A stretch of DNA of 64,000 nt from Methanothermococcus sp. Ax23. Its GTDB lineage: Archaea > AGJL01 > Methanococci > Methanococcales > Methanococcaceae. Below, in pieces: positions 33,355 through 43,698 of the stretch (positions within the stretch are counted from its first letter, which is position 1; each line of letters begins with the position of its first letter). Position numbers and translations under genes: made by a program. The stretch lies in contig NZ_CP157522.1 in assembly GCF_049075655.1 (NCBI RefSeq), positions 1,152,001 to 1,216,000 of the forward strand. Direction: 5' to 3'. Below the pieces are notes generated by a model, which had not been told where the DNA came from, searched no databases, and was given only the letters and a program-made list of their open reading frames with translations.

Positions 33355-34323
33355 TTAATCATGAATTCCTTTTTCCGTTATTCTGAATATTGCCTCAGCA
33401 TCTGGGAGATGAGGGGAATCGTATAATTTTGCAACCCTTTTATCTCCTTTTCCTTTCCTTAAAAAGAATCTAAATGTTGCAGCGTGTCCAACGATATGTC
33501 CTCCAATTGCCTGCTCAGCAGCTCCAAAGAATGCGTCAGGTCTTGCTGAAACTTGGTTTGTAATAAGAACAATACAGTTGTGGAGGTCAGCGAGCTTATT
33601 TAAAACTGCCATATGCCTTCCAAGTTTTTGCTGTCTCTCTGCAAGTTTTCCTCTTCCAGTATATTCATTTCTAAATGTGCTTGTCAGTGAATCTACAATT
33701 ACCAACTTTATGTTGTTTCCTGATTTTATGAGCTCTTCAATTTTTTCTGCAAAAAGCATCTGCATATCTGAATTGTATGCCCTAGCTACAAATGTATTAT
33801 CAAGCACCTTTTGGCCATCTATACCAAGAGCTTCGGCCATCTGAGTAATTCTTTCAGGCCTAAATGTTCCCTCTGTATCTATATAAACTGCTTTTGGATT
33901 TGATAATTCACCATCATTTATCCATTCATCATCTGCAAAAATTGTATCCTCACATTGAAGATTTACACATGCCTGATGCATGATTTGTGTTTTCCCACTT
34001 CCAAATATGCCTGCAAATTCAGTAATGGATTGACTTTCCAATCCACCGTTTAATATCCTATTTAATTCATCACTACCTGTGGATAATCTCCATACACTCT
34101 TTCTCTGGTTTAAAAGGTCTGCACCACTTTTAAAACCTAAATCACATAATTCTCTCGCTCCCATTATCATTTTGGCAGCTGCTTTCTCGCTAATTCCTTC
34201 AATGTCTGTGAGCTCGCCAATAGTTGCAGTAGCGATTTTCATAAAATCTATATATCCAGCTTCAATAAGTTTCTCAGCAGTTGAAGGTCCTACACCAGGT
34301 AAATCTGTTAAATTATCAGTCAT
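33355..34323 (-). CDS. radA: DNA repair and recombination protein RadA (no intein)
   Basis: LPGVGP Hh[31 protein letters not shown]. Confidence 0.97.
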   Translation of the reverse strand: MTDNLTDLPGVGPSTAEKLIEAGYIDFMKIATATIGELTDIEGISEKAAAKMIMGARELCDLGFKSGADLLNQRKSVWRLSTGSDELNRILNGGLESQSITEFAGIFGSGKTQIMHQACVNLQCEDTIFADDEWINDGELSNPKAVYIDTEGTFRPERITQMAEALGIDGQKVLDNTFVARAYNSDMQMLFAEKIEELIKSGNNIKLVIVDSLTSTFRNEYTGRGKLAERQQKLGRHMAVLNKLADLHNCIVLITNQVSARPDAFFGAAEQAIGGHIVGHAATFRFFLRKGKGDKRVAKLYDSPHLPDAEAIFRITEKGIHD

Positions 34324-34472
34324 ATATTCACCTATATTTATTAATCATAATTATTAACGAATATTATATCAATATATTTATATTTTGAGTGATAAATATT
34401 TAACACATCTCACTAAATATAGAATATATGACGAACTATTTATAATTTTTCACTATATAAATAGGTGCAAAA

Positions 34473-35027
34473 ATGATTAAAGATGACGATTTTTTTAGAA
34501 TGGACGGCGTTCCACTTACAAAAGAAGAAATAAGGGCGATAAGCACTGGTAAATTACAATTAAAACCTGATGATGTTGTTGTTGATATTGGATGCGGTAG
34601 TGGAGGAATGACTGTTGAAATAGCCAGAAGGTGCAAATTTGTCTATGCAATCGATAGCGTAGATGACGCCATAACCACTACAAAAAAGAATTTGGAAAGA
34701 TTTAATATTAAAAATTGTGAAGTAATAAAAGGGAATGCAGAGGATGTTTTATTTGATTTAGAATTTAACAAGGCATTTATTGGTGGAACAAAAAATATAG
34801 TTAATATTTTAAATATATTAAAAGAAAAAAATGTGAAACACATTGTGGCAAATACAATAGTGCTTGAAAATGCTGTGAATATAATAAATAATTTTAATAG
34901 TGATGATGATATATATGATGTAGATGTTGTAAATGTTTCTATTAGTTATGGGAAAAAAATAAATGCGGGACATATGATGATATCAAGAAATCCTATAACT
35001 ATAATAACGTGTAAAATGAAAAAATAA
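34473..35027 (+). CDS. cbiT: Cobalt-precorrin-6B C15-methyltransferase (decarboxylating)
   Basis: PLTKEEIRAI, DIGCGSGG, FIGGT, RNPITII. Confidence 0.9.
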   Translation: MIKDDDFFRMDGVPLTKEEIRAISTGKLQLKPDDVVVDIGCGSGGMTVEIARRCKFVYAIDSVDDAITTTKKNLERFNIKNCEVIKGNAEDVLFDLEFNKAFIGGTKNIVNILNILKEKNVKHIVANTIVLENAVNIINNFNSDDDIYDVDVVNVSISYGKKINAGHMMISRNPITIITCKMKK

Positions 35028-35149
35028 AAATAATTAAAAATAACTAATAGGTATGAAATAACAATTAAAACAAATTAAAAAATATGGTATAAAAATCCAA
35101 TCTCAATTTTTATTTTAATATATTTTTACAATATAAGGGGGAAGATTTT

Positions 35150-36709
35150 ATGAAACCTACGGCTTATTTTTGTATGGAGTTTGCAATAGACCAGCCTTTA
35201 AAAACTTATGCGGGAGGATTAGGGTTCTTAGCAGGTTCCCATTTCAAAGCTGCCAAAAGATTAAAGTATCCAATTGTTGGAGTATCAATGTTATGGAGCT
35301 ACGGATATTACGACCAGGTGCGAGATAAAGAAGGCAGAATGAAGGTTGATTATATCAGAAAATATTATGAATTTTTGGATGATATCAAATTAAAAATTCC
35401 AGTAACTATAAATAACACCACAGTTTGGGTAAAGGTATATAAACTTGAAGAAGATGTGTTTGGAACATGCCCAATATACTTTTTGACAACGGACATTCCT
35501 GAAAATGACCATCTATCAAGAACAATATCCTATAATTTATACGATGGAAATAATTTAACACATATCGCCCAAGAAATTGTTTTAGGAATAGGTGGCTACA
35601 AAGTCATAAGAGAATGTGAAGATGTTAAACTGTATCATATAAATGAGGCCCATCCTCTGCCATTAGGATTTAAAATGATTGAAGAATACGGTCTTGATTA
35701 TGTAAAAGAGCATTTAGTTTTCACAACCCATACCCCAGTCCCCGCAGGAAATGAAACACAGGATATTAATCTACTTAAAAATATGGGATTCTTTGGAAAT
35801 GTTGATATAAAACTTGCTGAAAAACTTGGAGGAAATCCATTTAATTTAACTGTTGCAGCATTAAGAATGTCTAAAAGGGCAAATGCAGTTTCAAAATTAC
35901 ACAAGAAAACAACTGAAGACATGTGGAGTTGGGTAAAAGATAAATGTCCTATAACATATATAACAAATGCTCAGGATAAATATTATTGGCAGGACCCCAT
36001 TATAAGAGATGCTGCAAAAGATTATGATTATAATAAATTAAGAAAAAGAAAGATGCAAATGAAAAAATTGCTGTTTGAAGAGGTTGCTGACCAAACTGGA
36101 AAGTTATTTGACCCGAATGTAATGACGGTGGTATGGGCGAGGAGATTTGCAGGATACAAAAGACCCTACTTGCCATTGTATGATGAAAATCGACTAAGAA
36201 AACTTTTAGAGGATAAGAAAATTCAAATAATTTGGGCTGGGAAGCCACACCCAAGCGATACAAATGCTCAGATTACGTTTAATTGGATAGTGTCAAAAAC
36301 AAGGGATTTAAAAGGTGCAGCGATATTAACGGGATATGAATTAAAATTAAGCAAATTATTAAAGATGGGCTCTGATATATGGTTAAATACTCCAAAACGA
36401 CCTAATGAAGCCTCAGGAACATCCGGAATAACAGCCTCAATGAATGCCTCTATACACATGAGCTCACTTGATGGTTGGCATGTTGAATGGACTGAAATGT
36501 ATCCAGATGATAGTTTCACAATAGGAGATGGAGTGCATACAGATGATGACTATGAGGCAAAGTGCATGTATGAACAGCTTGAAAAAGCATCAAATATGTA
36601 TGATACAGATGAATGGTGGAAAAAGGCATGCGACTGTGTGAATCATGTGGTTGAATATTTCGATGCAGAGCGAATGATTAAGGAATATGCTGAAAAAATG
36701 TATAAATAA
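35150..36709 (+). CDS. glgP: Alpha-glucan (glycogen) phosphorylase
   Basis: YAGGLGFLAG, HINEAHP, FTTHTPVPAGNE, ARRFAGYKR, EASGTSG. Confidence 0.92.
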   Translation: MKPTAYFCMEFAIDQPLKTYAGGLGFLAGSHFKAAKRLKYPIVGVSMLWSYGYYDQVRDKEGRMKVDYIRKYYEFLDDIKLKIPVTINNTTVWVKVYKLEEDVFGTCPIYFLTTDIPENDHLSRTISYNLYDGNNLTHIAQEIVLGIGGYKVIRECEDVKLYHINEAHPLPLGFKMIEEYGLDYVKEHLVFTTHTPVPAGNETQDINLLKNMGFFGNVDIKLAEKLGGNPFNLTVAALRMSKRANAVSKLHKKTTEDMWSWVKDKCPITYITNAQDKYYWQDPIIRDAAKDYDYNKLRKRKMQMKKLLFEEVADQTGKLFDPNVMTVVWARRFAGYKRPYLPLYDENRLRKLLEDKKIQIIWAGKPHPSDTNAQITFNWIVSKTRDLKGAAILTGYELKLSKLLKMGSDIWLNTPKRPNEASGTSGITASMNASIHMSSLDGWHVEWTEMYPDDSFTIGDGVHTDDDYEAKCMYEQLEKASNMYDTDEWWKKACDCVNHVVEYFDAERMIKEYAEKMYK

Positions 36710-36811
36710 AATATATCATTTACTTTTTTTATAATTATTATTTAGCATTGTTATCTATTCCATCGATTCATTTTTATAACTTTAAATTTATTTTATTTTT
36801 TTGGTGATTTA

Positions 36812-38845
36812 ATGGATAGAGGCATTTATGAATTTAGAGAATATTATAAAAATAAATTTCCATACTACAATATAAGAGCTCAGCAAATAAAGATGATGGA
36901 AACCATATTTAACAGCGTGAATAATAAAAAGAATTTGGTGGTTGAAGCACCAACAGGAGTTGGAAAAACCCTTTCATATCTCATTCCATCGCTATATTTT
37001 GCAGAGAAGGGAAAAAGAGTTATGGTACTTACTGAAACAATTGACCAACAGGAAAGAATTTTTGAAGATTTGAATTCACTGAAACACAATTTAAAAGTAT
37101 CCTTTATGATGGGAAAAGGCAATTTCTTCTGCAAATCAAAAGGAGATAAAGCGAATAGACTATACTGTCAATTAAATAAAAAATGTCCCCACAGACCAAA
37201 TAAAAAACCATACTGTGTATGTGGAACAAAAAAGGAACCCCTTACAATAGACGGGATTACAAAATATTTCTGTCCATTTTGTATATGCGATTATCAAAAA
37301 TCAAAAATTGAATGCCTAAATGCCGATATAGTTGTAATGAACAACAGCATCTACTACTACATAAAGGAAGAAATTGATGCAAAAAGAAACACTGATATAA
37401 TAATCTGCGATGAGGCTCATAAGCTTGAAGGGAGCATAAGAAATTCCGCAACCATATCTATAAATCCAGAGATAGCACTTAACAGACTGAGGTTTATGGC
37501 ATACCATTTTGCGCCAAATACTTTGAGGAAGTATTTTAAACGACTTAGCGATAAATACAACAGCAATAACAATTCAAATAATTTAAATATATATAATGAT
37601 GAATATAACGAAGGTTTTTGGAAGATTATTCACAATTATGTCTCAAATTATGCAAATATTGAGGATTGTAAAAATACATTGATATTTGATGGAGAACACA
37701 TTACTTCTTGGAAGTTAAAGGAGGATGTGGCAATATTGGGAACTCTTTTAGATGGATACTATCAAATATTGGATATAAAGAAAAAAATAGAATCTCTTGA
37801 AGAAAATAAAGAACTGGATAAAAAAGACCTTAAATTTAAGATAGATAATAAGGCACTGGTTCCTTTGGAATTTCAATTTATATTCAATAAAAAAATATCT
37901 GATATGCCACTTATGGAGTTTATAGACAATATAAAGAACTTAAAAACTACAAACAGCAACTTTGTAATATACAGGAATGGGAGCTCACTACTATGTGAGC
38001 CAGTCCTTGTTTCATCCTACCTTAAAAAACTTTATGGAGATGCAACAGTAATACATTGTTCAGCCACTATTGGAAATTTAAAGGTTCATGCCCTTAAAAC
38101 TGGAATGGGGGCGTCCAATACACTTGTTTTAGATAGTCCTTTTTCGGAGCTCAGGAAAAAAATCATCGCTCTAAGTGATGGAGAGGATATGAAGTATGAC
38201 GGTAGAAAAGAATTAAAACGAAAAAAGGCAAATGAAAATATATTTAAACTGTTAAAATCTGCAAAATGCAACAGTTTGGTATTGTTTAAAAGCTTTGAGG
38301 ATTTAAACAGTACATACAAATATTTAATAAATAACAGCAACAAATTGAATCAACAAATATATTGTTATGAGTCAGGCATGGATGGAAAGGAGGCTAAGGA
38401 ATTAAAGGAACGCTTTGAAAGAGACGGAGGAATACTTCTTGCAACAGGAAGATTTGCCGAAGGTGTGGATATACCGGGAGACGCCTTAACAATGGTGATA
38501 ATTGACAGCCTTCCTTTTCCAGTTCCAACACCCTTATTGAATCGTGAGCAGAAACTACTTGAAGAGGGATTGAAAAAGAAAAATGTAAGTAGTAAAAATG
38601 CCCATTGGACGGCGTTTTTAATGACTTCATTCCATATTATGTCAAGAACAATCGTTCAGATGATTGGTAGATTGATTAGAACTGAGGATGATTACGGCGT
38701 TGTGGTTGTTCAGGATAAGAGATTCAATGATTGGGTTGCCGAGGAGATGAAAAAAAGAGGATATTTAAAGGATAATTATGTATCTATGAATATAGACAAA
38801 GCAGTTGAATATATCCCTAAGTTTTTGAATGATTTTAAATCTTAG
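36812..38845 (+). CDS. DinG/Rad3/XPD-family ATP-dependent DNA helicase
   Basis: EAPTGVGKT, Cys cluster, DEAH, EGVDIPG, QMIGRLIR. Confidence 0.92.
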   Translation: MDRGIYEFREYYKNKFPYYNIRAQQIKMMETIFNSVNNKKNLVVEAPTGVGKTLSYLIPSLYFAEKGKRVMVLTETIDQQERIFEDLNSLKHNLKVSFMMGKGNFFCKSKGDKANRLYCQLNKKCPHRPNKKPYCVCGTKKEPLTIDGITKYFCPFCICDYQKSKIECLNADIVVMNNSIYYYIKEEIDAKRNTDIIICDEAHKLEGSIRNSATISINPEIALNRLRFMAYHFAPNTLRKYFKRLSDKYNSNNNSNNLNIYNDEYNEGFWKIIHNYVSNYANIEDCKNTLIFDGEHITSWKLKEDVAILGTLLDGYYQILDIKKKIESLEENKELDKKDLKFKIDNKALVPLEFQFIFNKKISDMPLMEFIDNIKNLKTTNSNFVIYRNGSSLLCEPVLVSSYLKKLYGDATVIHCSATIGNLKVHALKTGMGASNTLVLDSPFSELRKKIIALSDGEDMKYDGRKELKRKKANENIFKLLKSAKCNSLVLFKSFEDLNSTYKYLINNSNKLNQQIYCYESGMDGKEAKELKERFERDGGILLATGRFAEGVDIPGDALTMVIIDSLPFPVPTPLLNREQKLLEEGLKKKNVSSKNAHWTAFLMTSFHIMSRTIVQMIGRLIRTEDDYGVVVVQDKRFNDWVAEEMKKRGYLKDNYVSMNIDKAVEYIPKFLNDFKS

Positions 38846-38961
38846 TAAATGAATAAAATAAAATTATTTATTAATTATTATTGATATTATTGGTATTATT
38901 CATTGTCATTAATATTATTAGTATTTATTAACCATTATTTAACTATTTATTCGGTGATAAA

Positions 38962-39939
38962 ATGATTACAGTTGGAATAGACCATGGAACATCGGGTATA
39001 AAGGCATGTATAAGGGAAAATAATAAAAACACATTTTTTAAAATGGGAAGGACTGAATTAAAAAATAAATCTTTTTTAGAGGAATTAAAAAATTATATCA
39101 ATTTAAAGGATATAGACCTTATTTCAGTATGCTACTCTATGGGAGATGGGATAAATAAAATACTTCCGATAGAGAAGGTAAAAAACAGAGGAGTAATAAA
39201 CATAGAAGGAGTTGGAGAAAAAATAGGCGGAGGAACAAAGGTTTATGATGAAATAAAAAACTCAGGGATTCCTGCGGTAGTAATTCCCGGACTGCATAAA
39301 AATACGGAATGTATGGATGAAAGATTCAGAGCTCTATTCTCTCATGTGGCATCACCAGAAAAAATATCCATAGCATACACAGCATATAAAACATTTGGAT
39401 TTAATGATTTTATATTATCGGATATTTCTTCAAATACTGTGAGCCTATTAATAAAGGATAAAAAGATTTTTGGGGGATTCGATGCCTGTATTGGTGCCAT
39501 AGGGCTATTACATGGTCCAATCGATTTGGAGATGATAAGGGACATCGACAGCCACAAAATCACAGCAAATGAAGCATTTTCAACTGCTGGGGCGATAAAA
39601 ATAGTTAGGGATAGATACAAAGGTGTAGAGGATACTAAGGCAGAAATTTTAAAAAACTACAAAACAGATGAAAGATGCCGCCTTGCAATAGATTCCCTTA
39701 TTTTAAGCGTTGCTATGGAAATAAGTTCCCTAATGTTCTTAAATAAAGGTAAAAATATAATTTTAGCAGGTTCTATTGCTACTACGGAAGAATATGAAGT
39801 TCCAGAGAAATTAAAAGAATATTTAGGTGGAAATGTATTTGTTTTGGAGGGGGAAAGCGGAGCTCTTGGGGGAGCTCTGATAGCTGAGGATATATTGAAA
39901 GGGGAAAGAGATATTTTAGGAATAAGTGTGGATTACTAA
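38962..39939 (+). CDS. Methanogenesis marker protein 12
   Basis: VGIDHGTSGI, YSMGDGI, SHVASPEK, SDISSNTV, HGPIDLE. Confidence 0.85.
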   Translation: MITVGIDHGTSGIKACIRENNKNTFFKMGRTELKNKSFLEELKNYINLKDIDLISVCYSMGDGINKILPIEKVKNRGVINIEGVGEKIGGGTKVYDEIKNSGIPAVVIPGLHKNTECMDERFRALFSHVASPEKISIAYTAYKTFGFNDFILSDISSNTVSLLIKDKKIFGGFDACIGAIGLLHGPIDLEMIRDIDSHKITANEAFSTAGAIKIVRDRYKGVEDTKAEILKNYKTDERCRLAIDSLILSVAMEISSLMFLNKGKNIILAGSIATTEEYEVPEKLKEYLGGNVFVLEGESGALGGALIAEDILKGERDILGISVDY

Positions 39940-39952
39940 CACTATTCTTTTT

Positions 39953-41182
39953 TTATTTTTTCCTTTTTCTTATGCTTTTTAAACTTCGTTTTTTAACGAT
40001 TAACGGCGTTCTTTCCACTTCCAGCCCGTCGCTTGTTGGGTATCTCTCGGAAATATAGGCACTGAAATTTATATCATAATCTATATTTTTTAATTCGTCA
40101 ATCAAATCCTCCAAAACATAAGAATTTAAATATAAATTATTGCCGTTTATTTCATACGGAATTTCGTTATATTCTAATATATCAATTATTTCATTAATAT
40201 CATCCAAATTTTTAAAGGATATTATGCCCCTTAATATTAGCCCTTCATCAGTGATTATGTCATAATCCTTTGCTATGTTTTTTGCTCTATTTATAAGTCG
40301 ATTTTTCATCTGTATGCCGTCTTTTAAAGCAGATGGGCAGTAATGGATAATAAGGTTAAATCCATAATTGTTATCTTCGCTTTCTTCTTCTTTTTTCTTT
40401 TCCCCTTTTTCTTTGAAATAATTAATTACCTTTTGGGCTGTTTCTTCACTCCCTAAAATCTCTGATGCAAAATCGTTTTTTTCTGTAAATCCTTTCTCTT
40501 TTAAAATGTTGTAGTTGGTTTCAGAGTATTCCAATTCGTTAATATTTAGGAATTTTACGCCGATTTTGTTCAATTCTTCCGCTAAATAAATAATCTCTTC
40601 TTTATAGTTTGGTATTGCAGGGATTTCTACGCCCACATCTTTTATATATTCAATACATAATTTTAACTTATTTAGGAAATCATCCATGTAGTTTTTAAAC
40701 TCATCACTATCAAAGTCTTTTTTGCTGTATCTGTTGAAGAATTTTGTAGGATGAAGCCTTATTTCATCGAGTCCTGCCTCTTTAAGCATTTTTAATTTAT
40801 CCTCATCCAAATGAGTTGGTGTTGTGTATAAATGAGCGTGAAAGTTTGAGCCTTTAAATTCATTTTTCAGAGCTCCGATATATTCGCAGGTTCGTTCTAT
40901 TTTTAACAGTGGATTACCGCCAGTAATGCCTACTCCTTTACTTCCGCATAGGTGAGCTTCGTCAATAGCTTCTTCAACTGAGTTTATTTTCCGTTCGTTT
41001 GCATAGATAACATCTTTTTCTTTTCTGTTCTCTGAAACTGGGCAGTAAAAGCAGTTCTCGCCACATAGCCCTGTAATGAATAAAACGAGCTTTTCTCCTT
41101 TTATACAGTATTGACATCCAACTGGAAGGTTTTTAATATTTTTAAATAAACATCTTTGTAAGTCTTCAATATCCATAATCAT
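39953..41182 (-). CDS. Radical SAM protein (COG2108-like)
   Basis: GCQYCIKGEKLVLFITGLCGENCFYCP, GITGGNPL, DEIRLHP. Confidence 0.85.
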   Translation of the reverse strand: MIMDIEDLQRCLFKNIKNLPVGCQYCIKGEKLVLFITGLCGENCFYCPVSENRKEKDVIYANERKINSVEEAIDEAHLCGSKGVGITGGNPLLKIERTCEYIGALKNEFKGSNFHAHLYTTPTHLDEDKLKMLKEAGLDEIRLHPTKFFNRYSKKDFDSDEFKNYMDDFLNKLKLCIEYIKDVGVEIPAIPNYKEEIIYLAEELNKIGVKFLNINELEYSETNYNILKEKGFTEKNDFASEILGSEETAQKVINYFKEKGEKKKEEESEDNNYGFNLIIHYCPSALKDGIQMKNRLINRAKNIAKDYDIITDEGLILRGIISFKNLDDINEIIDILEYNEIPYEINGNNLYLNSYVLEDLIDELKNIDYDINFSAYISERYPTSDGLEVERTPLIVKKRSLKSIRKRKK

Positions 41183-41196
41183 ACCTTAATTTATTT

Positions 41197-41955
41197 TTAT
41201 TTAATTTCTTCTAAAATCATATTCAGCAATTTTTCATCATTTGCAACAATTATATTATATCTATCTGTTGCGTTTAAATCGAATTTGAATTTAAATTCAT
41301 CTCCGTTTTCATCGGTAATTATTGCCCCAGCTTCCTTACAAATAATATAGGAAGATGCAATGTCCGTTGTTCTCACATAGGGTCTTATGTCAAATATACC
41401 ATCGAGAGCTCCCCTTGCAACATACGCCATCTCGATACCAAATGCCCCCATAATCCTTACCCGCCTAACCTTTCCGATTAAATTTAAATTTTTCCTTGAA
41501 TAATAACTTATTACCGCTTCTTTTTCATTGTATTCCTTTACCTTGATTTTTTCCCCATTTAAAAATGCTCCCTTCCCAGCAAATGCTTCATAGGTGTTTT
41601 TTGTTAAGAATTCATAGGTTAAACCATAATAGGGATTGTTATCTTTGAATACTGCAAAACAAAATCCAAAACATGGAAATCCCGTTGTAAAATTAAAGGA
41701 ACCGTCTATTGGGTCGATTACCACAGTCCATTCACTATTGTTATCTATTGTCCCAGTTTCTTCGCTCACGATATTAACATTTAATGGTTTTAAGTGTTTT
41801 AAAACATTATCTTCACTTATTCTATCCACTAACTCGGTAGTGTCTCCGCTTGGGGAATATCCGACAATTTTGGCTCCTTCTTTTTTACCAAAATATGGCA
41901 TTACATCTTTTTCAATTTCTTTTGCTATTTTCAATCCGAGCTCATTCCAGTTCAT
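41197..41955 (-). CDS. suhB: Bifunctional fructose-1,6-bisphosphatase/inositol monophosphatase
   Basis: VSEE, IDPIDGSFN, TTDIAS. Confidence 0.88.
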   Translation of the reverse strand: MNWNELGLKIAKEIEKDVMPYFGKKEGAKIVGYSPSGDTTELVDRISEDNVLKHLKPLNVNIVSEETGTIDNNSEWTVVIDPIDGSFNFTTGFPCFGFCFAVFKDNNPYYGLTYEFLTKNTYEAFAGKGAFLNGEKIKVKEYNEKEAVISYYSRKNLNLIGKVRRVRIMGAFGIEMAYVARGALDGIFDIRPYVRTTDIASSYIICKEAGAIITDENGDEFKFKFDLNATDRYNIIVANDEKLLNMILEEIK

Positions 41956-42121
41956 ATTTTCTCCTTCATTTTTAATGGATTATTAATTCTTAAAAAATAA
42001 AAAATAACTTGTAATATACTAAATATAATATTTATCAACGGTACTTAAAATAATATTTGAAAAATAAAATTTTTTGATATTATCGGTGGATTTCTTTTCT
42101 ATTGCTATTGGTGTAAATATA

Positions 42122-43423
42122 TTAATTGCTATTCAAATACTCTTCTATCTTCTCCGCAAGGATTTCATAAGTCCATTTTAATTTATTTTCATCCCTTTCA
42201 AGAAGTGTTGTTCTAAATCCATTTAGTTCAGAGTTAAAGGACGACATCGGAACAATACATAAACCTGATGATGCCAGCAAATTATAAACAAATCTCATAT
42301 CATGAGGTTTTCCCTTTGATATTTCATCAACATATTTTCTGAGCTCAGGGTTTTCTATTTTTAGCTTTTGATTATCATTTAAATATTCTTCGTCAAACAC
42401 GACCCCCATGTAAAAGGCACCGTTTGTTTTATTTACGATGAGCCCATCAATAGGTTTTAATTTATTGTATGCAAAGTTTGAAGCTTTTTCATAGTAATTT
42501 CTTCTTTCATCCAAGTATTTATGGAATTTCGGATTGCTCATAATCTTAGGTATGACCTTTTGAGGTAAGGTTGTAGAGCACACTTCAATCATCTTAAATT
42601 TACAGATACCTTCAACATATTTTTTAAATATTGGGTCTTTATCTGCGTTATAGGTTTCCATCCATCCACATCTTGCACCAGGCCACGGGAGCTCCTTTGA
42701 TATTCCCTTTAAAGATATTCCGCACACATCATCTATTACTTCTGATAAGTATGTGTGCTTTTTGCCATCATAAACTAAATGATGGTATATCTCATCGCAT
42801 AGTATAAACAAATCGTATTCATTTGCAATATCTACAACTTCATCCAATACATTTTTTGAATAAACTGCACCAGTTGGGTTTCCGGGGTTTATTACCAATA
42901 TTCCAGATACTGAGGGGTTGTATTTAACCTTATTTCTTAAATCGTCCATATCAGGATACCAGTTGTTGTTTTCATCCATCTTATACATAAGGGGCGGGCA
43001 TCTTGCATGTAGTCCTTCTGCTGATGAATGGGTTGGATATGCGGGCGAAGGTCCAATTACTCTTGATTCCTTTTTTAATAATCCATATATTTTTGTAATT
43101 GCATCACCAAGCCCATTGAAAAATATTATATCATCTGCTGTAATCTGAGCTCCGTTCTTTTTATTGTTCTCTTCTGCAAGAAATTCCCTAGTCTCTAAAA
43201 GTCCCTTTGTTGGGCAGTATATGTATGAATCATCTTCCATAACTGTTTCTGCAATTATCTCTTTTATCCAGTCTGGAACTTTCTCTCCCTTTATAATCGG
43301 GTCTCCTATGTTTTCCCATGTAATGTTTAGTCCGTAGCTCTCCACTTTTTTTGCAACTTCAACAATTTCTCTTATTTCATAGGTGAGCTCGGTTGCTCCT
43401 TCGTGTATAATATTTGTTCTCAT
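42122..43423 (-). CDS. Class I/II PLP-dependent aminotransferase
   Basis: NIGDP, INPGNPTG, DEIY, KGISKELPWPGARCGW. Confidence 0.9.
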   Translation of the reverse strand: MRTNIIHEGATELTYEIREIVEVAKKVESYGLNITWENIGDPIIKGEKVPDWIKEIIAETVMEDDSYIYCPTKGLLETREFLAEENNKKNGAQITADDIIFFNGLGDAITKIYGLLKKESRVIGPSPAYPTHSSAEGLHARCPPLMYKMDENNNWYPDMDDLRNKVKYNPSVSGILVINPGNPTGAVYSKNVLDEVVDIANEYDLFILCDEIYHHLVYDGKKHTYLSEVIDDVCGISLKGISKELPWPGARCGWMETYNADKDPIFKKYVEGICKFKMIEVCSTTLPQKVIPKIMSNPKFHKYLDERRNYYEKASNFAYNKLKPIDGLIVNKTNGAFYMGVVFDEEYLNDNQKLKIENPELRKYVDEISKGKPHDMRFVYNLLASSGLCIVPMSSFNSELNGFRTTLLERDENKLKWTYEILAEKIEEYLNSN

Positions 43424-43698
43424 CCTATCACATTGTTATATTATTATTGATTTTATTATTATTTTCATTTATGTTAAATAGAGTCCTATTTAATTACCTT
43501 TCCTTAAAAAATTAAATGTATTTAAGGAAAAATGAGTTTATAGTATATAATACTTTCGATTATTTAATTAAAATAGAGCGGTATTATATAACAGGTATTT
43601 TTTATATATTTCTAAAAAATAGCATATTAATGGTTATTATATAAAAATTTAAATAATAATAGGTATTATTTAATTTCATACATAAATTGGTGAAAAAC

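Noticed and set aside
36812-38845. DinG-like helicase as a type IV CRISPR component
   Set aside because: No csf or cas genes nearby; housekeeping context with normal GAGCTC density
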